Assembly: GCA_964035545.1 (NCBI GenBank)
Contig: OZ037771.1
Span: forward strand, 62,001-126,000
Reading direction: 5' to 3'
Length of the DNA: 64,000 nt
DNA from: Bugula neritina
Taxonomy: Eukaryota; Animalia; Bryozoa
A program made the position numbers and the translations under genes. The stretch's first letter is position 1; every line of letters starts with the position of its first letter. The notes under the pieces are model-generated. The model saw nothing but the letters and a program-made list of their open reading frames with translations, had not been told where the DNA came from and ran no database searches. Positions 15,001-27,000 of the stretch are shown here, piece by piece.

Positions 15001-18000
15001 ATGAATGTATTGGCAGTGTTCCCACCAGCTATTGAGTAGAGTATAGTGTTGCCAGGGACAGAGGGAGTAGCAGTAACCCTCGACACTTGACTATTCACAG
15101 CTTTACCTTCTGACAGTCTAATATTAGATACCAAGTCTTGGAAGACAGGCTGTGCGGAAGTAGCGTAACGTCTGAAGGTTATGTTAACGCTGAGTTCAGA
15201 AGATTTACCACCTCCATCTGTGGCTCTGATGGTAAAGAAACTGGAAGAAGAGCTGGTAAGTCTCTGGGCTGACAGTACCACACCTGCAATACAACAGTAG
15301 AGTATTAGTAAAGTATCAGTAGAGTACTAGTAGAGTAAGAGTAGAGTATTAGTAGAGTATCAGTAGAGTATTAGTAGAGTAACAGTAGAGTATTAGTAGA
15401 GTAACAGTAGAGTATGAGTAGAGTATTAGTAGAGTAATAGTAGAGTAATAGTAGAGTATCAGTAGAGTATTAGTAGAGTAATAGTAGAGTAATAGTAGAG
15501 TAATATTAGAGTAATAGTAGAGTATCAGTAGAGTATTAGTAGAGTAATAGTAGAGTAATAGTAGAGTATCAGTAGAGTATTAGTAGAGTAATAGCAGAGT
15601 ATTAGTAGAGTATCAGTAGAGTATCAGTAGAGGAATAGTAGAGTATATAGTAGAGTATCAGTAGAGTAATAGCAGAGTAATAGTAGAGTATTAGTAGAGT
15701 AAGAGTACGGACCTGTGGAAGTATCGAGATTAAACAGGCCATCGCTGACTCCATGTAGAGAATAAATTATGCTGCCGTTAGCACCAAAATCATAATCCAC
15801 AGCTGTGCTGCCCACCACAAACTGGCCAGCCTCAGTTGGGTCTTGCAGCTCCACGCTCAACTGCTCTTGTGTGAAAGAGGGAGCATTGTCATTTATGTCC
15901 CTCAGAATAACCTGTATGATTGTATCATGATACATACACTTCTCGTTACAATAAATCAATGCAAACACTCACTCAGTATATAGTTACACAGTTACACTCA
16001 CTTAGTATATAGTTACACAGTTACACTCACTCAGTATATAGTTACACAGTTACACTCACTCAGTATATAGTTACACAGTTACACTCACTCAGTATATAGT
16101 TACACAGTTACACTCACTCAGTATAATGTTACACAGTTACACTCACTCAGTATATAGTTACACAGTTACACTCACTCAGTATATAGTTACACAGTTACAC
16201 TCACTCAGTATATAGTTACACAGTCACACTCACTCACTCTGTCAAACCTTATATCAATGACTTGTAACATCAGTACTTGCCAAATCTAAATAATAATCTA
16301 AGAAATACCTTGACATTAGCCATTGAGCTTTGGGATACATCACCGAGATCATGGGCTATGACAGTCAGTTCGTAAGTTTCATTAACTTCACGATCGAGAG
16401 TCTGCACATTGGTAATCCAGCCTACAGATATCATATAGTAGTGTAGATATCATATAGTAGTGTAGATATCATATAGTAGTGTAGATATCATATAGTAGTG
16501 TAGATATCATATAGTAGTGTAGATATCATATAGTAGTGTAGATATCATATAGTAGTGTAGATATCGTATAGTAGTGTAGATATCGTATAGTAGTGTAGAT
16601 ATCATATAGTACTGTAGATATCATATAGTAGTGTAGATATCATATAGTACTGTAGATATCATATAGTAGTGTAGATATCATATAGTAGTGTAGATATTGT
16701 ATAGTAGTGTAGATATCATATAGTAGTGTAGATATCATGTAGTAGTGTAGATATCATATAGTAGTGTAGATATCATATAGTAGTGTAGATATCATACAGT
16801 AGTGTAGATATCATATAGTAGTGTAGATATCATGTAGTAGTGTAGATATCATACAGTAGTGTAGATATCATATAGTAGTGTAGATATCATATAGTAGTGT
16901 ACACATCGCCATCTAACCTGTGACGTAGTCGATAGTGAAGTATTCTGCTGCAGAGTCATTGTAGAGGGCGTAGCGCACTTCCCCGTTACTTCCAAGGTCA
17001 AGGTCACTGGCTGTAACTTGTATTATTTCTCTGTGTAGCTGAGGCCCCTCGACTATTTTAGTCGAGTAAATTGGAAGGTCAAAGATAGGGGGGTGATCGT
17101 TGATGTCCCGCACTGTAACCTCCACAATGGCTTCTCCACTCAGCTCTGAAGAACCTAATGCAAAATTACTCACCAAGTCAGTCTATATGATACTGAATGT
17201 ATGTAGGATAATGACTTGCATAATATGATAACGTACTATACTATACTCATACAGGATGCAACTTGGTAATAATACAATACAGTAAAATACAGGTTTATGA
17301 TGAGATTCATTCTGCTAGTTTTACCGGCTACAATATTTCGGGCTACGACTTTCAGAGTGAACTTGGAAGTCTTTTCTCTGTTAACCGGTTTACTGGCAAA
17401 AATGACTCCAGTGGTTGAGTTAATAGAGAAGATACTGCGACTTAGTTGAGAGTCATCGTCCAATCCAAACACTAGTTCGTAGTATGACTCATTGTAAGGG
17501 GCGGAGTCTGGGTCGTATACTTCTACCTGTGATATCGTACATATGATATATTATATATAATAGTTACTATACATATGATATATTATATAATAGTTACTAT
17601 ACACATGATATACTGTATAATAGATACTATACACATGATATACTATATAATAGTTATTATACATATAATATATTATATATAATAGATACTATACATGTGA
17701 TATACTATATAATGGATAATATACATATAATATATTATATAACAAACTTAGTAGGAATTGTCTCACCTTAGTAAGTTGTACTGGTGAGTGACGAGATTCT
17801 TCTTGCAGATACACATTATAAGGGGAATGTAGAAACACAGGAGGGGAGTCATTCCAGTCTAAAACACGGACATCTACGTCTATTGTAGAGGACTGGGAGC
17901 TGACACCTAGGTCTTCAGCCTGAATGAAATATGGAGTATATAGGTCACACTTACTTGTATGGTTAGAATATATAGGTCACACTTACTTATATGATTAGAG

Positions 18001-21000
18001 TATATAGGTCACACTTATTCGTATGGTTAGAGTATATAGGTCACACTTACTTGTATGGTTAGAGTATATAGGTCACACTTACTTGTATAGTCAAAGTATA
18101 TGATTTAATTCTCTCATAATCCAAACCACGATTGATAGACAATTTTCCGGAGAACTGGTCAAGATGAAAGTCTTCATTTGGGTCTCCACCAATTATGTAG
18201 TAGCGAATTTCTGCAGCAAGTCCTTTCAACACAACAACACATTGTTATTCAAAGGTTTCATTGATCTCTAGAATGGAAGTATGTGGTTTTACAGAAGAGA
18301 TATCATTGAATAGAGTGATGTGTCAATGAGTATATTGAATAAACTACAGAGACATAAGTTTATTGGGACAGGGGAGTAACTCCACAAGTATATATTGTAT
18401 ATACTAGAATACATTATATACTGTATTATAGCGATACAGTGAGCATGCATAAGAAAATGTGCTGCAATCAGCTATCTAACGAATGTTATCACAAAGTCAC
18501 CTAAACACTCGGTTATTATGATCACAATGATTACAATGCAGTAGTTAAAATTGCAGTGCTCAGTCACTCAACAGTTCAACACTCACTATACCTTTTTTGT
18601 AATCTAAAATTCAAATATTACATTTTAAATAGCAGTAGAAAAAACTGACCATGTAAATTCAACAGAAATAAATAACACTTTATACAGAGAATCTTTACAG
18701 CTGGCAGCGACACATTTAAAGTAGTAGTTAGAGTAGTAGTTAGAGTAGTAGAGTAGTAGTTACAGTAGTAGTTAGAGTAGTAGTTAGAGTAGTAGTTAGA
18801 GTAGTAGTAAAGTAGTAGTTAGAGTAGCAGTTAGAGTAGTAGTTAGAGTAGTAGTTAGAGTAGTAGTAGAGTAGCAGTTACCAGTGTCAAGTTAGAGTAG
18901 TAGTTAGAGTAGTAGTTAGAGTAGTAGTTAGAGTAGTAGTAGAGTAGTAGTAGAGTAGTAGTAGAGTAGTAGAGTAGTAGTTAGAGTAGTAGTTAGAGCA
19001 GTAGTTAGAGTAGTAGTAGAGTAGTAGTTAGAGTAGTAGTTAGAGTAGTAGTTAGAGTAGTAGTTAGAGTAGTAGTTAGAGTAGTAGTCACAGTAGTAGT
19101 TAGAGTAGTAGTTAGAGTAGTAGTTAGAGTAGTAATTAGAGTAGTAGTAGAGTAGCAGTTAGAGTAGTAGTTAGAGTAGTAGTAGAGTAGTAGTAGAGTA
19201 GTAGTAGAGTAGTAGTAGTTAGAGCAGTAGTTAGAGTAGTAGTAGAGTTGTAGTCACAGTAGTAGTTAGAGTAGTAGTAGAGTAGTAGTAGAGTAGTAGT
19301 AGAGTAGTAGTTACCAGTGTCAGCATCCTCTGCGGAGAGAGTCAGCAGCACCTCCCCAGCCACCTGGTCTTCTCTCACTTCTACACTAGTCAGTTGAGTG
19401 GCAGAGAAGACTGGAGGATTGTCATTAGCATCCTCAACTATGACTGTGTAGTCTACAGTAGAGGACAAGGCCGGGGTGCCTCCGTCCACCGCCCTCACTT
19501 TCAGCTCATAGGCGGACCTACCCTCTCGGTCTAGGGTCTGCAGCAACTGCAAGTAAGTACAACTTATTATATTTACTATATTCACTATACTTACTAAACT
19601 TACTATATACTTACTAAACTTACTATATACTTACTATATACTCACTATATACTCACTATATACTCACTATATACTCACTATATACTCACTATATACTTTC
19701 CATATGCGCTGTATATTTAAGCAAAGTACCTTTAGTTCACCACTGGATGGGTTGAGACTGAACATCGGCGTAGTCGTGAGAAGAGTGTAGGTGACAACAG
19801 CATTGGTTCCTAGGTCAAGGTCTTCAGCCGTTACCGTAGCAACAACTGTGTCTGGAGCAGTGAGCTCACTAACATAGAACTTGTGTGGCAGCTGTAATGA
19901 TGGTTCGTTGTCATTAATGTCGCCAACCATTACTTTCACCTGCAAAATTTAATATCAGCTTATAGTATTGTTAGCAGATCTCAACAATAAACAATGCTGG
20001 TCTTAGCCTTACTCTGCTAGTCAGGTATGGCAACTGCCAGCTCTGGCAAAGTGCCCAGAGTAAAAAACTGAGAAATTGATTAAACATCAAGAATAAATTA
20101 TCAATAAAAGGTGCATTGTCAACTGTCAATGTAGAGAGGAATGATTGTGTTGTATTGTAACTTTAGGCATCTGACGTGGCTGCTTGGCGTGCAAATGATC
20201 CCATTTGACTTGCAAAAGTCTTGACAAAAGATGCAAAAATGTGTATAAAGAATTTGTTGATAAATTTAAGCAAATGACATCAAACTACAGTAAAAGCATT
20301 GTGTTTGTTTGAATGTGTGGAGGTTTGCATGCATTTCCTGTATTTATAAAGATTATCACATGTTTGTATACTCAAGGAGTGTAAACTGGGGGTGTATACT
20401 CAAGGAGTGTACACAGGGGGTGTATACTCAAGGAGTGTAAACCGGGGGTGTATACTCAAGGAGTGTACACCGGGGGTGTATACTCAAGGAGTGTACACCG
20501 GGGGTGTATACTCAAGGAGTGTACACCGGGGGTGTATACTCAAGGAGTGTACACCGGGGGTGTATACTCAAGGAGTGTACACCGGGGGTGTATACTCAAG
20601 GAGTGTACACTGGGGGGTGTAATTAGGGGGAATGTATAACTCACTTCAGCTGTACTACTCAGAGCCCCCTTAGTGGCGTAGTCTTCAGCCTTCACGATTA
20701 TCATGTATTCACTCAACTCTTCCCAGTCCAAATGACGACTTGTATAGATGCTACCATTTCTACTGTCTATGACAAACGGCACGTCATTGGAAAGGATTGT
20801 GTATTCCACCTCTCCATTCATCCCTGCAGAGTGAAGTATATTTCAATATATAGTAGACTATGAGTCATGACTATGTAGTAGTAAGTAGACTATGAGTCAT
20901 GACTATGCAGTAGTAAGTAGACTATGAGTCATGACTATGTAGTAGTAAGTAGACTATGAGTCATGACTATGCAGTAGTAAGTAGATTATGAGTCATGACT

Positions 21001-24000
21001 ATGTAGTAGTAAGTAGACTATGAGTCATGACTATGTAGTAGTAAGTAGACTATGAGTCATGACTATGCAGTAGTAAGTAGATTATGAGTCATGACTATGT
21101 AGTAGTAAGTAGACTATGAGTCATGACTATGTAGTAGTAAGTAGACTATGAGTCATGACTATGCAGTAGTAAGTAGACTATGAGTCATGACTATGTAGTA
21201 GTAAGTAGACTATGAGTCATGACTATGCAGTAGTAAGTAGATTATGAGTCATGACTATGTAGTAGTAAGTAGACTATGAGTCATGACTATGTAGTAGTAA
21301 GTAGACTATGAGTCATGACTATGCAGTAGTAAGTAGATTATGAGTCATGACTATGTAGTAGTAAGTAGACTATGAGTCATGACTATGTAGTAGTAAGTAG
21401 ACTATGAGTCATGACTATGTAGTAGTAAGTAGACTATGAGTCATGACTATGTAGTAGTAAGTAGACTATGAGTCATGACTATGTAGTAGTAAGTAGATTA
21501 TGAGTCATGACTATGTAGTAGTAAGTAGATTATGAGTCATGACTATGTAGTAGTAAGTAGACTATGAGTCATGACTATGTAGTAGCAAGTAGACTATGAG
21601 TCATGACTATGTAGTAGCAAGTAGACTACCTACCAGCATCGTCATCAAATGCTGTCACAGTTATCACTGATTCCCCTCTCATCACATCTTCACTAACCAA
21701 GGCAGAGTAGGAGGACGGACTGAACACTGGCGCATTGTCATTCTCATCAATGACATTTATATAAACAGTAACATTAGAGGTTAATGGAGTTACAGGATCT
21801 TGGTCTGCCGCTTCCACTTGTATGACATACAGTTGCACCTGTAACACAACCCACACTTTTGGCTTTACATTCACTCAAGTTTGCTCCAATAGGAGACACG
21901 CCCACACTCATCTCCGCAACAAGGAGACACGCCCACACTCACCTCTGTAATAAGGAGACACGCCCACACTCACCTCTGCAATAAGGAGACACGCCCACAC
22001 TCGCCTCTGCAATAAGGAGACACGCCCACACTCACCTCTGCAATAAGGAGACACGCCCACACTCATCTCTGCAATAAGGAGACACGCCCACACTCATCTC
22101 TGCAATAAGGAGACACGCCCACACTCACCTCTGCAATAAGGAGACACGCCCACACTCACCTCTGCAATAAGGAGACACGCCCACACTCACCTCTGCAATA
22201 AGGAGACACGCCCACACTCACCTCTGCAATAAGGAGACACGCCCACACTCACCTCTTCAAAGTCCAGACTTCCTTCTAGTGTGATGAGACCAGTGTGAGA
22301 GTTGATGCTGAAGAGATCACTGCCCCATGTACTCAGTATCCTGTATTTCACCTCCCCACCCACGCCCAGATCTTCATCCACTGCTTTCACTGAGCCCACT
22401 GTCACACCGGGAGTTGCCTTCTCAGATACGGACAAAGAATATTGAGCTCTAGAGAAGACTGGCATTTCATCATTGATGTCTAGTAGCGACACAATGAGCT
22501 CTGTAGAGGAGGAGTATGTAGAGTCTGAGGCTGATATGGTGACATGGTAGACTGGAGTTGTCTCCCTGTCTAGTGCTTTATTTACTCTGACTTCACCTGT
22601 AAATATATAGTATATACTATATAGTATAGAGATAGAGTAGTGTATAGTATAGAGATAGAGTAGTATATAGTATAGAGATAGAGTAGTATATAGTATAGAG
22701 ATAGAGTAGTGTATAGTATAGAGATAGAATAGTATATAGTATAGAGATAGAGTAGTATATAGTATAGAGATAGAGTAGTATATAGTATAGAGATAGAGTA
22801 GTATATAGTATAGAGATAGAGTAGTATATAGTATAGAGATAGAGTAGTATATAGTATAGAGATAGAGTAGTATATAGTATAGAGATAGAGTAGTATATAG
22901 TATAGAGATAGAGTAGTATATAGTATAGAGATAGAGTAGTATATAGTATAGAGAGAGAGTAGTATATAGTATAGAGATAGAGTAGTATATAGTATAGAGA
23001 TAGAGAGTATATAGTATAGAGATAGAGTAGTATATAGTATAGAGATAGAGTAGTATATAGTATAGAGAGAGAGTAGTATATAGTATAGAGATAGAGTAGT
23101 ATATAGTATAGAGATAGAGTAGGATATAGTATAGAGATAGAGTAGTATATAGTATAGAGATAGAGTAGTATATAGTATAGAGATAGAGTAGTATATAGTA
23201 TAGAGATAGAGTAGTATAGTATAGAGATAGAGTAGTATATAGTATAGAGATAGAGTAGTATATAGTATAGAGATAGAGTAGTATATAGTATAGAGATAGA
23301 GTAGTATATAGTATAGAGATAGAGTAGTATATAGTATAGAGATAGAGTAGTATATAGTATAGAGATAGAGTAGTATATAGTATAGTATAGAGTAGTATAT
23401 AGTATAGAGATAGAGTAGTATATAGTATAGAGATAGAGTAGTATATAGTATAGCTAGTATAGATTAGTATATAGTAAATACCTCGGTCGCTGACAGTAAA
23501 CTGAGTGTGAGGAGAGATGGTGTAAGAGAGCTGAGCGTTCTCATCCGGGTCGACAGCAGTGACTGTGGTGAGCAAGTAGCCAACGGCAGCACCCTCGTCA
23601 CACTCCACAGTGTAGGTGTCAGCAGAAAACTTTGGAATACTATCATTAACGTCTAACAGTGTGATGGTAACCTACATAGACATAGTAGAATGTAATATAG
23701 TGACAGAATGTAATATAAATATAGTATATATTAAATAGCACTATATTACTTGTAATTTGGTAAAGTATAATTAAAGGTGGACACCCTTCATATAAGAACT
23801 GGTCATTTACATGAATTGGCATAATTCTACTCATTAATCAGATGTTTTAATTTGTTATTCATTGCAGCCTCAGCTAATACTAATACTATAACTATGACTA
23901 GTACTTCTACTATAATACTATTACTATAACTATGACTAGTACTTCTACTATAATACTATTACTACAACTATGACTAGTACTTCTACTATAATACTATTAC

Positions 24001-27000
24001 TATTAACTATGACTAGTACTTCTACTATAATACTAATACTATAACTATGACTAGTACTTCTACTATAATACTATTACTACAACTATGACTAGTACTTTTA
24101 CTATAATACTATAACTACAACTATGATTAGTACTTCTGCTATAATACTATAACTACAACTATGACTAGTACTTCTACTATAATACTATTACTACAACTAT
24201 GACTAGTACTTCTACGATAATACTAATACTACAACTATGACTAGTACTTCTACTATAATACTATTACTACAACTATGACTAGTACTTCTACTATAATACT
24301 ATAACTACAACTATGATTAGTACTTCTGCTATAATACTATAACTACAACTATGACTAGTACTTCTACTATAATACTATTACTACAACTATGACTAGTACT
24401 TCTACTATAATACTATTACTACAACTATGACTAGTACTTCTACTATAATACTATAACTACAACTATGACTAGTACTTCTACTATAATACTATTACTATAA
24501 CTATGACTAGTACTTCTACTATAATACTATAACTACAACTATGATTAGTACTTCTGCTATAATACTATAACTACAACTATGATTAGTACTTCTGCTATAA
24601 TACTACAACTACAACTATGACTAGTACTGCTACTATAATACTATTACTACAAATATGACTAGTACTTCTACTATAACACTAATACTAACACTGTAACTAG
24701 TATTTACATAAACACTGACAACATAAAGTACTCACATATGCCTTAGCAGTGCGTGGGCTCACTGAGACCTTGTCCCTAGCATAGACCTCCACTATGTATG
24801 TAACAAAGCCCTGGTCCCTGTCTAATGGCATAGCCCTTTGAATCTGCCCTGATCCAGGAGATATACTGAAGAGAGTGGGCTGGGACTGGCCAAGGGAGCT
24901 AACTCTAGTGATGTAGTACTCCACATTAGATTCTGTGGCTTGCACTTGAATGATGTTCTTGTTAGCTTGGAAAGTCTCGAGAATATCTTTCTGGTAAGAA
25001 GGCTGTGTGAACTGAAGAGTAGATAAACTTTCAGCTGCTGTACTATGATATGGTGTTGTATGGTGTTGTATGGTATAGTGTTGTATGTTATGGTGTGGTA
25101 TTATGTGGTATGGTGTGATGTGGTGTGGTATAGTGTGGTGTGATGAGTTGTGGTAGTATGTACTGACGTACTAAAGAATGATGGCCTCTAAGAAAATATA
25201 AGTATGAAAAACAAAACATAAAATAAAATATGATAACGCAAAAATTTATAATAAATAACTTACTGCGAGCCCAGAATCCACGGATGAGGATGTGATGATG
25301 TTAATACTTTGTTCAGTGCTACGCTGAGGCTGGCCATTGTCGGCGGCTCTCACTGTTATACTTTGTATCACAGGAGACAAGGGAATTGGTTTAATCAGAG
25401 TTATGAGCCCAGAAGTAGCGTCAATGTAGAACAAGCCGGTGCCTGACCTCAGTGAATATGTTATCTGTGGGTAAACAAGTGTGACTGACTACTAAATGAG
25501 TGTTACTGACTCACTGAGTAACTGACTCACTGAGTAACTGACTCACTGAGTAACTGACTCACCGAGTAACTGACTCACTGAGTAACTGACTCACTGAGTA
25601 ACTGACTCATTGAGTAACTGACTCACTGAGTAACTGACCGACTTTCAGTTCATAATGTACAAGGCAATAAAATCAAGCAGATTGCAGCAGTCAAGGAACA
25701 TTTCATAAGATAACTAAATATATGTGACTGTAATAGGAAGTTCAACAGCATTTTATCACTATGATCAAGTAATGTCAGTTGTCATTGTCAAATCAGACTC
25801 TGGGTAAACAGTGGCTGTAGATTAGGAAATCAATGATGTTTGAAGAGGCTATGATTACTGTCATAACATTTCAATATAAAGTAATAGGTTTGTCTTTATT
25901 GTTTATCAATCTTGGAATAGCTCCAAACAAGCTGAATACATTATAATGACTGTATTAACTGAACACATGTTATAGCATGGGAGTAAATGTTTCCAACAGC
26001 ATAAGTTTTTGATAAGATGCTAGATTAGTAAATGGGAAACAGAGAAATATAGGCGACCAGGTGAGCAACAGGTAGACATGTGAGTGACAGGTGAGTGACA
26101 GGTAGGCAAATGAGTGACAGGTAGGCAAATGAGTGACAGGTAGACAGGTAAGCAACAGGTAGACAGGTGAGTAACAGGTAAGTGACAGGTAGACAGGTGA
26201 GTAACAGGTAAGTGACAGGTGAGCGACAGGTGAGTGACAGGAAATTGATGAGTAAATATGAGTTGCTATTGGTTGACGTATCTTATGAATCCCAAGGATC
26301 ATTGGCTAAGCAGCTATTGTGTATGATTTTGGGTGTAAACCTGTTCACTATTCTATTTCAGAAGAGCAGTACTAAGAGTTTGAAAGATCTAAACTTGTAA
26401 TATGAATTAGGTTTGATAACGAAAAATGCAAGCTTTTGTATCATTCCTAATTGCATCCCAGTGAGACTGAGAGAGTGAAACTGAGTGAGTGAGGCTGAAT
26501 GAGTGAGACTGAGTGAGTGAGACTGAGTGAGTGAGACTGAGTGAGTGAGACTGAGTGAGTGAGACTGAGTGAGTAGTGAGTGAGACTATGGGAGTGAGAC
26601 TGATAAGAGTGAGTGACTAGCTGAGTGAGTGAGACTGAGTGAGTGAGTGACTGAGTGAGTGAGTGTAACTATGCATAGCACTCTCACTTGTTGATTACGT
26701 CCTTTATCCTTGTCTCTAGCCTGCACAGTCATAACTTCAGTGCCAGAGACTGAGTTCTCCAGTATAACGCCGGTAGAAGGAGACACAAAGTAAGGGGCGT
26801 TGTCATTTATATCCGTGATCATTATAATGATAGTCCTCTTAGCAGACCGCCTACTTGATGCTGGGATAGCCTGGTCTGTTGCCTCTATCTCAAGCTGCAA
26901 GCATGTCATTCAAATATAACAGCAGTCCACTGCACGATACTATACATAGAGTATACTACACTACACTATATATACACTATACTATATACTATACTGTATA

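Noticed and set aside
17173-17191. Possible micro-exon (cag|...ttg|gtgagt)
   Set aside because: It would leave only an 18-nt downstream intron, and the flanking exons already join in phase.
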